From positions 126,977 through 190,976 of the forward strand of contig JAAOMT010000047.1 in NCBI GenBank assembly GCA_016748015.1: a stretch of DNA of 64,000 nucleotides. The letters run 5' to 3'. Made by a program: the position numbers and the translations under genes. Shown one piece after another: positions 1 to 12,749 of the stretch. The stretch comes from Geosiphon pyriformis uo1 (taxonomy: Eukaryota > Fungi > Glomeromycota). Below the pieces are notes generated by a model. It searched no databases. It saw only the letters and a list, made by a program, of their open reading frames with translations, and was not told the DNA's origin. The first letter of the stretch is position 1; every line of letters starts with the position of its first letter.

Positions 1-600
1 ACAAAAACAATTAAAATCTTCTTGAGAATTTTGGTCCACACCTTTATAATAAAACCTTCTAATTCTTTGAGCTTATTGGAATACGATTGAGTTTTAAGTC
101 AAATGGTCAGTCAATGACTTTAGTAACGTTCTCTCTAAGGAATTTCTTTGCGTTACTACAGGTCATTTTTGAAGGTATTTTTAAAGAGCTTTTACATATC
201 ATTATCTGTCGAAAACAAAGCAAACATGTTGCTCCTTTTATAGAAAATTAACCCCACATAAAAATCTTTCTCCGATCCTTTGGAATATGATGAACTGGTC
301 TTTCACCACGATACCCGTGTTTCAAACTATTACGAAACAACCGAAAAGTTGTTTTATCAGTGAATTACGTTTTATTACAATCATAATTTCGATGGTCCTG
401 ATTAATGTTAATTTTTTTGGCCAATATTTTAAAAATGCTTCGAAATAGTTGAGGGATGTAATATAGTTTTTCCTATTAGCTTTTGAGCAACTTTTTTGAG
501 TGTATTATCCGATCGTTTTTTTTGGACGACTATTTCCTTTTCTATCTTCTGGATGCAACCTTTACGTGCTTCTTTAGTTTTGAAATAATTTCACACACCA
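1..600 (-). mobile_element. Degenerate Tc1/IS630 (DDE_3) transposase relic, running off the window start
   Basis: Minus strand reads ...HRNYDCNKT*FTDKTTFRLFRNSLKHGYRGERPVHHIPKDRRKIFMWG*FSIKGATCLLCFRQIM...AKKFLRENVTKVID*P. This matches the Tc1/IS630 pattern (FxDE, WG, then W-P-x-x-S-P-D-L region), with stops and frameshifts. Confidence 0.8.
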
Positions 601-2999
601 AATAATTTTATACTCGAAGAATATTAATATTTTAACCCAAAGACCAATTTATTCTCTAAAGCTACCTTTTATTTTAAATTTATGGATATTATAATAGATT
701 ATTGACATTGGCAACTTGAAATCCAGAGTAGTTTAGATGTTGGAGGGACTCATTCTTCCAATTATGTAATAAAACTAGGCGTTGTGATATTATATTAGAT
801 ATTTTTGGGTACAATTACGCAAAATAATAAAGAAAGATTATGTCTCAAAACTTGTAGAATGATAGAATCGAGGTCATATTCTATTAGCAAGTTATCGGGG
901 TTCAAGAATTACACAAGAAAATCTCCAATAATTTTCTCAACCCTGTATTTTTCGAGATTGGTAAAATTTTAAAATGGTTATGAAAAATTTTTGTTATATT
1001 TAAAAGGATCAATTGAGTAAAAAAAATTCAAGAAATTCGATTTGAATACAAAAATGAAAAGATACAATTTTAATTAGAAAAGAGTGTTTTTATACAAATT
1101 ATTGATTTCAAAATTGAAAAAAAAGCCAACACATATTCCAAAAATATTATTTCTAAATTCCCAATTGAAAACGTGCTTTCAAAAAAATATTTTTATTGAA
1201 TAATGAATATATTTATTTTGCACCACACAATATACAAATATATGTCTTATGATAGGCGCAACTCATGCTTTTCTACACGTGATCACGCGAGCCAATTAAG
1301 GCGATCCCAGCCACTCGTTCTCCCGCCCAATTAACGAAGATACATGTGAAACAGTTTAAACATATTACATAGACCAAAAAACTCGGAAGCCTTAAACTAA
1401 ACGCACATTCATTTGACAGAGATGCAGCTCTCAGAACCGTGGCAAGGACACAATCCTCGGGAATCCTCATTCCCTAAATTTATTAGATCATTCTTCTCGT
1501 AATCAACCCTTTATCTGGACTAGGTAGCCAAATCCTTTCCCTGTGAGCTATGAGGATTGCGAATATTTCTGCAAGCTTCAAATTTTTTATTTCAATAAAT
1601 TTTTTCTACTTATTTAATTTTCATTTCACTTTAAAGGCTAATATAAATTTTGGGCTCAAAAAGTTTTCTTAAATTATATTTAAGGAGATTAACGAAATTA
1701 TCATTTGAAAAGGTGACATAGCTTCTTTTGAAAATGTATAGTAAAAAATGGTTAAAATTTAAATATTAGGCATAAATATTTTTAAATAAAATCTTTTCAA
1801 GTAAAATTTGAATCTATCTTTACAACTTTCAATCACTATTTTTGATTAAGCCTTGTTATGAAATAGGTGAATACTTGTTAGCATTCAGCCTTATATTAAA
1901 CTGAATTAAAAAAAGAAAATTTTATTTAAATATATTTTCTCGAAAATATTCATCAAAAACTTGAATAATCATTTCCAAAAGGTTTATATCCATACATTTT
2001 ATATTATTATTTTTTACTTGATTTGGTAATATGTCAAAACCTAAGAAACACAAATGTGGAAGATTATAATCAAGCTAAATAAATTTCAAAGTAAAAAACT
2101 CTTCCACTTGATTTTGATACTATTATCAAAATTACTCTTAAATAAAACTTTCAAAGAAAATTTTTGCTTAACAATATCTATCAATAAAAATACTAATTAG
2201 TTGGTTAATGATCTTTTTAGTCACAAGTTAAAAGTTTGTCATCTTAATAAAAGCCAATTTTTTGTCTGTTGCATTATTCTTTTTTTTTCTTTTCCTCTTT
2301 TCTTATTAATGCTTTTTCAATTAAGATCATTTTTATAATTATTTTGATTTCTTTTTCATTGTTACTATTATTACTATGATTTTAATTATTACTTTAAAAT
2401 TAAAAATTTTAATAAAATAATTATTTAAGGCTATTACTTATTATGATTATGTATTTTTTAGCAAAAAAACATATATACATTTGCCATTAATCCTGTTTTA
2501 TCTGCTATACGCATGAGAAAAGAGCTATTCATTATTGACTAAATTATTAAAATAAACAAAAATGCAAAAAAGATTAATAGCAGTCCATTATAAATAGTAG
2601 AAAATAAAAAACTATACTATAAGACAAATGTAGGCTTTTATTAATTGTTATTGTTTTTTGATATATTATTTTGAGACACAAATGGAATAGAGACAAAATC
2701 TTATCCTTAAAACAAATTTATAAGGCTTAATTTACATATTATTTTATTTTGAAAAATTAAAAAATATATATAAATTATTTGTGCACAAGACTTTTCAAAT
2801 ATATCTAGAAATGGTTTTAAATTTTATACTCATACATCTTATTAATATATATTATAGACATTGTTATGAGGTAAAAATATTTATTTATATATTATATATA
2901 GATTTAAAAACTTGTTTTGGTCTTTTTACTTTGAAAAATAAAAAGTACAAAATATTTGTGATCAAAAATTTACTGATTCATGTTTCACTAAGGAATAGA

Positions 3000-3620
3000 T
3001 ATATTTCTGGGCATATGAAAATGCAAGAACAGTTCCACAAAACCCAATCTGACCGTTTTGTTCATGGAGTTCTATTGATCCTGGCATTCATACACCACTC
3101 ACTTGGTATTCACTCTAAAGTGTAGGCAAAATTGGGGAACATGATATTAGACGCATTGTTTTTTTTGCATCTATATGGACAATTTGATATCACAAAAAGA
3201 AAACTTCATACAATCCCTTACTAAACGTAAAAAAAAAGAAGTCTAAAAGCTCTGACATTTCTGTGACAAAAAAATCATGTATTTTTTATTTGTGAGTTTG
3301 ACGCTGTCATCATCGCGCTGTTCGAGGTATCTAACATGATAAATCGAAAAACAAGAAAATTACCCAAAAAATGATCCGAAAAATGCTTGGTTGGGCACAT
3401 TATCGATATTATCAGGGTCTGATATTCAAGAAGAAAAATTTGGAGTGTGTGTCATTGTTTAAAATGAAGCTTATACGTCCAAGACCTGTAGCTGGTATTG
3501 TAACTTCCAAAGTATCGGAGGGTCTGAGGTATACAGATGCCAGAATTGTAGGACTGTAATGAATAGAGACGAAAATGGCGCTCGGCGAATCTTTCTCCGG
3601 TCATTAATGAGTCTGCAAAT
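3000..3620 (+). pseudogene. Disrupted Fanzor2 / IS607-type TnpB RNA-guided endonuclease (RuvC plus zinc finger C-terminal half)
   Basis: Across frames: SIDPGIHTPLTWYS (RuvC-I D at 3077), GKIGEHDIRRI, FDAVII.LFEVSNMINRKTRKL, RKMLGWAHYRY, GVCVIV*NEAYTSKTCSWY (RuvC-II E at 3466), IGGSEVYRCQNC, MNRDENGARRIFLRSL (RuvC-III D at 3568). Contains in-frame stops and frameshifts. Confidence 0.88.
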
Positions 3621-5534
3621 AATATTTGATAAAATTCTGTATCCCAAAAAATATTTCAAACAATAGAAAAAAATAAAAAAAGAATTCTCAAGGACTCAAA
3701 GTCGTACCATCGAATTTTTGTCTAAATATAAATCTGCGATTAAAAATTTGATCGCATAAAACAAATGATCTAATACGGAAAAAATTTCTTACTATAAAGC
3801 CGATATACCCAATTCTTCATATAATTTTTCACTGTTTAGCGTTCCAATTTTTTTCAAAGGCGATATATTTGCTCCTTTATTCATAGCTTACTAAGAAATT
3901 TGTTGATTGCTTCGATTTAAAAATTAATGTAAATTAATTGCCATTGTTAGTCCATGATCAAAAGAGTTTAATTACCACAAATAAAGTTTACTTGAGATCC
4001 ACATTATTGGAAGCTCTCACTATCCAAATATTGAAAAGAAACTCTATTTTATAGCTAGTCAATATTTACCAAAAATTTTAAATCCTAATGCTAATTTTGA
4101 ATCATAACACATGTACCTGTTGATACCGAGTCTCATCCAACAAAATCTTCAATCTAAATTTAATCTTTTGCGAACGAAAAAAATAAATCGATAATTTTTT
4201 TAGAAAAAAGCTGGTGAGTCCAGTAATTTATCAAGTTAAATTTGCTTCATAATATTGCTAAAAAAATTTTGAGTTAATGGTAAAATATAATAATTTTTCG
4301 CTACATAATAAAACCTTCAAAGAAAGCAATCAAAAGCACTTAAGACATGTATTTCAAATATTTTGTTACATAGTAATACAGGTTGACCTAAGCTTGTATT
4401 GTATTAACGTTGAAATCAAATATTTGATTAAGTTTGGCATACATTCCTAAAAAATACTTGGCTCAATGTTCAATTCTTTTTTTATATTTTCGAAACACAA
4501 ATTAAAGCATTAAAGCTCATAATTGGATACCTTTGTGGGGCAATCTAATCTCACCTCAAAGAAAAGCTTATGGTAATACTTTGTTGAAGAATACCACATG
4601 CTTTGATATAAGTTTTTAGATTTCAGTCCAACGATCCAATACTTCATTTCGTGTCCAATTGTTCCTGCCACGAGTTTCATAACTATTCTTCCTCATTTTA
4701 TAAATTCTATGTCATAATGCATGAAAAGCTGGCAAATTATTAATATGCCACAAAAACAATCTACAGCATATCTTTTTTGATCGAGCACATACAGTAAATT
4801 AATCAGGAGAAAAGTGTACAAGTACAACCGTTCGCGAAAAGAATATCCGATCAAAATTCCGAACTAAATTTCATTTGGGGGATTTTTAATAGCTCAAATT
4901 TAAGCCGTAATTTTTTTTTCTAATGTCATAGATGATAAATTCCTTCATTATTATACATCTTGAAGATTTTTGCGGGTAACCACTTTTGATGAGAAAATCT
5001 CAGAGTTTGGATTTATGTTACATAACGGGACCCAATCTATATTTTGTATAAGGAGAAGCTTGAAATTTTGTCTAGTTCAATAGTTTCTTTACTCAGACCT
5101 CACTGGGCTTGAAATAAAGAGCAGATCCAAATCTTTGAATTGCCGATCTGATGTGGAAACCAAATTTAATCTTCTCGTTAGAAAAATAGAAAATTTAATT
5201 GGGTACAAGGTTATCACCCGAAAATGATTTTGTGAAATTGAGACTCAAAAAAAAGTACATATAAGGAACGAAGATTTCATTTGGAGTCCTTATCATCCAT
5301 CAATTCCTCCTTTAAACATATTCTTCAACTTTCGTTATCCCTGAAAGACCTAGATGGTCTCCTTTACATTCTCTCTCAGCTTTTAATGAATTGCCAAGAA
5401 AGTGGTGTTGTTCATATTTCTTGAAATTTAGCCCAACTGAAATTGCATCATATTTACTAAAGAAAATATCAAAACTATCAGCCTCTAAAAAACCTGAATA
5501 CTTCTTATAACATTCTGAATATCTCTGAAAATTC

Positions 5535-6783
5535 ATGATGATTCACACATTCCTAAACAAAAAATTTTCGACCTTTATATTTTTAATACTTACCATTGGA
5601 TGCAGTGCATCAGCGCAGGAAGGATTCATTTATAGTTGCAGTAAACCGGGAACGGTTGCTTTAACTTTTGATGATGGACCAAGTGGGCTCACAATGGGAT
5701 TGCTAGACATATTAAAGGAGAAAAATATTAAGGTTACATTTTTTGTTCTCGGGGTTTCATTGGGAACGTCCATTAGACAAGATACATTGAAATCTGCATA
5801 TCAAGCTGGACATCAAATTGGTTTACATACAAATACCCACCCACATTTGAATACGCTCTCACAAACTGATCAGATGACTGAAATGCACATTGTAGAAGAC
5901 CTTGTTTTTAAGACGCTTAACCTTGCTCCAGCATACATGAGGTAAGAATTACAGTCATTACCTTGATCTTCTTGTGTAGTGTTTCATAATCAGGCTTTTC
6001 ATTAATAATAAATTTGGTTAATTATAAAAATGGATTTTCCAACTAATCATTAATCTCACCATTTTTTTTCTAATGGTTAGACCTCCTTTTGGAGAATGTG
6101 ATGATAAATGTATAACGACAATGCGTAGTCTCAATTATACCATCGTAACCTGGAATACCGATTCAAATGATTGGCGTCTAAAAACAGAAAAACCTGAGGA
6201 GCAAAATACCGGTATCATCAGTAATGTAGTAACACCGATTTCTAAAGGAGACGTTAAAAAAGACAGTTTCGTAGTTTTGCTACATGATACTGACACCTAT
6301 AGTGTAGGGGCTGCTGGAAAGATTATTGATGCGATTACTCAAAAAGGATTTCAATTTGTAACTATTGCTGAATGTCATGGAAATAACCCACCTCCATATA
6401 AAGGAATTTCAACGAAAGGTGATTCAACTTTAAAGAATCCATCATCATCATCATCATCAAAATCATCATCACCATCAACATCATCATCAACAACAACATC
6501 ATCACCATCACCATCACCATCAGCAACAGTATATAATGAAAGTTTGTTTAATGTGAGTACTCTATGGAATATGACAAACATCTCACCATTAATAGGGTTA
6601 AATGGTACAACAAATGTTAAAAACCCCACATCAACTATTGATCCAGGAACATCGACTTTATCAGTTACTATTCCAAGTAATAGCGCCTCAGAATTATCAT
6701 CTTCGACTGCTACGAGACTTAACTCTGTCTTTTTTATTAGGGTTTTAGGCTTTGCCATAATAGTTGGTTTAAAATTTTCATAG
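5535..6783 (+). CDS. Chitin deacetylase / polysaccharide deacetylase (CE4, NodB domain), secreted, probably GPI-anchored; paralog 1 (~369 aa)
   Basis: Exons 5535-5941 and 6081-6783 with a GT..AG intron splitting the R of RPPFG. CE4 motifs TFDDGP, HTNTHP, RPPFG, DSNDW, LLHD. Signal peptide, Ser/Thr-rich stalk and hydrophobic C-terminus. Confidence 0.93.
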
Positions 6784-8263
6784 CTCTATCTCTATGCTCT
6801 CTCTTTGTAAAGAAAAAGTTTATTCTCGAGCCCCTTTGGTCATTCTATATTATATTTATGTGTAAAGTGAAGATTTTATACAATGATAAAGTCAAATTGA
6901 ACCTATCTTTTCATACAAGCTCAAAATTGTTGCATATTAAATAGTAATCCATTAAATTTGTGCAATAGACAAAAATATCATAAAGATAATATTGAAATCG
7001 TTTTTTAAAAGTACTTGGATCACTATAGAATTCTTTCTCAGCCTGATACTTGGGTACATTGAGTTTTCAAATTTCTACGTTAATCCCTTTACATTCTAAC
7101 TTAACACTTGCTCCTAATTTCAATTTTTTTTTCGTATTAGCTCTACAAAGTGGCGGGTAAATACCTTTAGCTGAAGGTCAACGACGAGCAATTGTGATTG
7201 AATTTCAAAAAACCGAATTACCATTTTTAAAAGACAACGATGAACTCACTATATACAATATCTTGAAAGTTCAAAAGAGATATTTGGACCTTATATTAAA
7301 ATCTTTCATGATTGTCCCTGTTATTAACCCATATTGGATTATAAGAATTCAGAGACATGCAAATTCTTAATGCAATTTCCAGTCGTAGTTCAACGTGAGA
7401 TGGTGGAAATACCAATTGAATATCTGATACTAAATTTTCATTTCTTACTTTTTGAAAAAAATTTTCGACTTATAAAATTGTGATACGAAACCATTAAAGG
7501 ATCTCGTTGAATCTGTTTCAAACTACGAATCAATTTTCATGAACTTTTTATCTTTTTAGAAATGCTACTATATCCAAAATAGAACCGTTATGATTCTCAA
7601 GGCTAGTAAAGCTTTTCGAAATAAAAATCTATTTCAGTCTAAAAATATGGGATTTTAAAAGATTTTTAACAAGAAATTCTTTAGAATAATTTTTGACTCA
7701 TCTGAATTAGAATCAAAGCTACATACATTTACATGTATCCGGTGAATGGAAAAAGGATGAAATGACTTTAGAATAATAATGAAAATTTTTTATGTGGTGG
7801 ATCGTCAGACACGTTTCAATCAATAAATCCCCTTTCACGAATTAAGCTTTATTATTTGAACTAAGGCTTTTCAAGTGAACGAATTAATTAAATAATTTAT
7901 AGATATTATTAAAAGCATTTCAATTACAGCTAGAAAAAGGAAAGGTCCTAATTATCAAAAAATTTGCACGTGTGACATTACAAAAAGGGAAATTTTGTTC
8001 ATGAAACGAATTGAACCCTTACATATTATGTAACTGTCATTCTAGGATCACAAAACCGAAATTTTAACTTAATAAGGTTAAGAAAGTATAGGCTTGTATA
8101 AATGTCAAATAATTTTGGCAGTCAAATGGAATAAATTTTGGGAGAGTAATCTTTCAAAGCACTGAATCGAAGTAGTTTTTTGATAGAACTGCTTTTTCAT
8201 AAAATATTTCAAAAGTCTTGATGACTTTTAAATAAAAATTTTGATTCATAACATACATCAAAA

Positions 8264-9504
8264 ATGTTTAACTTTAACTCAATTCTACTCCTCTCCCTAC
8301 CCCTACTCTCCTTTCTTTCCCTACTATACTTACCCCTTGTTACCTCACAAATAATAACAAAATGTCAACAGCCAGGAATGGTAGCATTAACATTCGATGA
8401 CGGCCCAAGTGAATTCACATTTTCCCTTCTAAACACACTAAAATCAAAGGATGTTAAAGCAACATTTTTTGTACTTGGAGTTTCGATAATAGATAATGGT
8501 CAAGATGAATTGAAAGCAGCGTTTGATGCGGGTCATCAAATTGCTTTACATACTAATACTCATCCTAGTTTGGATACGTTGTCAAAAGTTAAACAAATTG
8601 AAGAGATGAATACTGTTAGAGATATTGTTAAAAGTATTATTGGTGTCGAGCCTTCTTATATGAGGTGATTGCAGCTATTGATTGATAAAATTTGGTTTGA
8701 ATAAAATCAGATGAATTATGACTATAACAAAATCATTATAATTAAAAATTTAGGCCACCATATGGAGCATGTGCTGAAACTTGTCAAGCAACAATGAAAG
8801 AATTGGCCTATTCAATCGTTAACTGGAATGATGATTCAGAAGACTGGAAATTAATCTCTTCTCCAGTCCCTCAGCAATTAAGTGGAACTTCAAAAAATAT
8901 TTTATTACCGATAAATTCAAGTGATAAAATTAAAGATAGTTTTATCATTTTACAACATGATACACATGATTATAGTATTAATGTGGTTGGAAAAGTTATT
9001 GATCGGATTCAGGGAAAAGGTTACAAGTTTGTAACTATCGCCGAATGTAATAGTTACAACCCATCTGGTTATAAGGATGGTCTGGAACATGATGGAGAGG
9101 TGGGAGAAGGTCAAATTCACCACAGTTTGGGACATCCAATTGTTTCTACAATTACAATAACACCAACACTAACTTCTAGTGGAACGCAGACAAATTCAAC
9201 GATAGCTTCAACAATGACAACAACAACAACAACGACGACGACGACGCCCGAAAAATCTAATCCTTACACAACTAAAATAAATGAATCGAAATTATCCGTG
9301 AATCGAACTCAATCAATGAATATTTCATCCACACCAACCACCACAAGTTTGAATGTGAATAACATAATTAAAAGTAATATAACAACTTCAGTATATAGTT
9401 CAGGCTTGAAAAAATATTCACCAAATCTTTGGTTAACTATTATCGTAGGAATATTGCAATTTGAATTGGTTCTATTAAAAAAATATGCTGTATTTATAAT
9501 GTAA
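8264..9504 (+). CDS. Chitin deacetylase / polysaccharide deacetylase (CE4), secreted, probably GPI-anchored; paralog 2 (~383 aa)
   Basis: Exons 8264-8664 and 8754-9504, same intron position as paralog 1. Motifs TFDDGP, HTNTHP, RPPYG, DSEDW, LQHD. Signal peptide, Thr-rich stalk and hydrophobic tail. Confidence 0.93.
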
Positions 9505-10107
9505 ATAGGATGCCTTGTATATTTAAAAATGCCTAAAAAGATATTGACCAGTGTTTTTAAAACTAAATTATTTACCATAAACATGCTGTGAGGTGGCCTG
9601 ATTATAACATTTGTTAATTCTGAATATGTTACTATTTTACAGTATTTATTTGAAAATAAAGTTTTCACAGTTAAATGGAATTTTTACAACCATTAAAATA
9701 CAGTTCTTGTAAAGATATGCAACAATTTTTTTTATTTATATATATTTTTATAAATATTAAAATTTTGACTCTTTTTCATATATGGTATTTTAAAAAGCTT
9801 CATATATTAATTTTGAAACAATGTTATTTAAATTTAAAATTTGCAAACCACAAAAATACCAAAATCCCCTTGGGCATTGAAATTATTGGATAATAATCTA
9901 ATGAAACATAATACAGCGTGTTATAAATTTTCAACTCTCTATTAAGGTTTAGGAAAATTTAATAAAGGATTTCTAGCTTGTGAATATTGGACAAATTTAA
10001 ACTTCAAAAATGCAAGTTTCAATTCATGCCAAATTATTTGGGAGGGATGAGTAAAAAAATCAATCTTGAAATATATTAAAATTCAGTAAATTACCCATGT
10101 GAAATAA

Positions 10108-11675
10108 TCAATGTTGTTCAACTAATGTGACAATAACAGTGGTATCATCTAGTTTTCTGAAAAATAGAGAATTCAAATTATCAATATTGAGCTAGCTAAA
10201 AATACCAACAAGCAAAAAACTACTGATCGAATTACCCTCCAGTACAAATCTTTCCAATGCCACGCAATGATATTGAAAATGGACTTGGCTGATCTGTTGA
10301 ATGACCACGTGCTTTGGCTTGATATACTAGTTTATTTGCTATCCGTTTTGCTATAGAAAAATTCCCCTCCGATTTATCCAGATTCAACTCTGATTTAACT
10401 ATAGCCTCAATCTCGTGCATAAACAAATTGTCCCATAAACCATCAGACGCGACAATTACCACATCACCATTAAAGAGATGAAAACGAGATCTTTCTGCCT
10501 CCCTGGGGGAATCAGACTTCCATTGATTATCACGTCGATTTATGGCTAATTGATAGGGGCAGTTGAACGCATGTTGTTGCCCACAGGAGCCAAAAACCAT
10601 TGTAGATTCACGTAAAATTTGAAAGCCTGAATCCCCAAGATTTGCTGCCTCTAGTAAACCGTTTATTTTTGATAATGAAATGATACAAGCAGTCGCACTT
10701 CCTATTTTTTTGAAATTTTTTTGAAATCCTTCTGCGCTTTTAATCTTAATTCACCAAGAATAATAGAAAATCTTACCCGCGACTACTATTTGATCCTCCA
10801 CCAATTTACGATAAGCCATTTGCATAATCTCTTCAGGTTTAAAATGCTTAAGTTTTAATGACCTAAACAGCCTTGATCCCTCAATTCCTTTCTCAGCCGC
10901 CGCTTTTGCATTATTCATTAAATGCCAAGAAAATTCACTCGAATCAACACCTACCTAAAATTATTTTGAAGTTGCAAATGTAGCAAATTTCTCAAAATGA
11001 TTATTCAATTTAATCAATCCATATTTTTCATATTACCTCGGCCCAACCACCAACCCCATCTGCTAGTCCAAGTACCACATGCCTCTTCAAATCTAAAGTG
11101 AAAAAAGCGTCCTCACCAGCATTGTGTGGCCCGGAGCTAATTTTATGGGGATCTTTGGGAGAATAAGCAATCTCAGTGATGAACCTATAATGTTTCTGAG
11201 GATGAGGTATAGAAAGAGTAGAGCTTTCTATTTTTTTTCTGGAAGCGACATTGAAGAGGTTCTGAAAGAGTCGAATGCTTTCATCTTGAATATCGTCATA
11301 AAGTTTTATAATTTGGGGTGTAAAAATTGAGTTATCTGAACTTTCAGTGATTGGTAAAGTTTCTTTTAAATTTTGCGAGGAAGTAGATTTGATTGAAAAT
11401 ACTTTGAATCCCATATACTTTATCAAAGAAGCGGGGAAACCTCGTAATTGATAGGCGACGAAACATATGACCAATATATATACAGGTGTTCCAAATATTT
11501 TTACAGTGAAAACTGACAAAAGAAGACGAATAAGATATAGTGAAAGAAATAAAAATAGCTGAAAGAACGCATCCAGAGATCTAGAAATAACGGAATATAC
11601 AAATTCGGGAAACCAAATGGAGATGAGCCATATTCCTAAAATCGCGAAAAAGACTTGCTCAAAGAAAAAAGTCAT
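10108..11675 (-). CDS. PTC7: PP2C-family Ser/Thr phosphatase, PTC7-like (~443 aa), with hydrophobic N-terminal extension
   Basis: Exons 11675-11037, 10954-10777, 10701-10236, 10156-10108 (GT-AG, frame consistent). Motifs AGEDAFF, ADGVGGW..GVD, GSATAC, ANLGDSG, QQHAFNCPYQL, ASDGLWDNLF, GGKLDDTTV. Confidence 0.9.
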
Positions 11676-12749
11676 TTTTACCAAGGGAGAGTTTGACGTG
11701 AAAATGGGTATTTGGTCTCGTTGAATTTTTCTGAAGGAATCAAGATGGTACTTATCGATCAATTATATAAAAGTAATCGAGATTTAGAGTTAACTGATCA
11801 TCATGAAAACATCACACATAGAGATTTTAAACCTTATCTCAGTTTATTATGATTGCTTAATGCCAATTCATTTAATTTCAAGCTATTAATTATTTTTTCT
11901 TCAAAAATAATTATAGTATTAAAAATATGAAATTTAAGTAAAAATTTAAACAATAAATTTGATTCAAAAACCATTACAAATAAGTTTTAATAATTGAAAC
12001 TTGATAAATTAATTATTTTTAATAAAATAATTACAGAAAATAATTCTTTACTATTATATTTTTGTATGTTTAAATGTTACCCATAAATTTTTTTCAAACC
12101 TGTTTTAAAGTTAAAAGATAATTTATAAATATGAAACCGATTTATTTTTTTTTCAGAACAATTTTTTATATTATATAAATTAAGTGATTTGATAAAATTC
12201 AATAATTTCTTTTTAAAAAATAAAATTTCCAAAATAATATATATTTTTATATTTATTGGTTTATATTTATTAGTTTATATTATTATTGATGTAAATTAGT
12301 TTTTTAAAAATCTCTTATAGATTATATTATTTTATTTTTTATTTTTTTTTCTTTATTAAAGGTGTAATCTAATCAATAACTAGTATTTACACTACTATTA
12401 TCATATATTAACATAAATTGTGCTAAAAACAATATGTAACTAACCATCTGACTTATTAAGATTACATTTTATCCAAATACATAAAACAAACTCAGGTTTT
12501 TTATTTTGAATGTAAATTTGTTTAAATTTTTTACATTTTTTATGAATTCATTTATTTAATATCTGATCGACTTTTTGTTATTTTTGACAAAAAAAACTTT
12601 CTAGTTTTATAATATTATTAACTTATTATATATGTTGCTACTTACAAAAAAATCTGTTTTATTACTTGTATTATTAATTAGTTTTAATATTATTACTATA
12701 TTCGTTTAAAAAACTAATATAATTTTTGTATATATTAGTTATTAAACTG

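Noticed and set aside
1273-1470. 65 aa ORF, or assignment of the island to U12/U6atac/telomerase RNA
   Set aside because: No protein motif; snRNA similarity is only ~11 nt and there is no exact CTAACCCT template. Kept only as an unassigned candidate.
2781-3125. 114 aa ORF as an independent gene
   Set aside because: AT-rich spurious frame; its 3' end overlaps the Fanzor relic, which is read in another frame.
6375-6758. Asp-rich antisense ORF
   Set aside because: Antisense to the (TCA)n Ser-rich stalk of chitin deacetylase 1.
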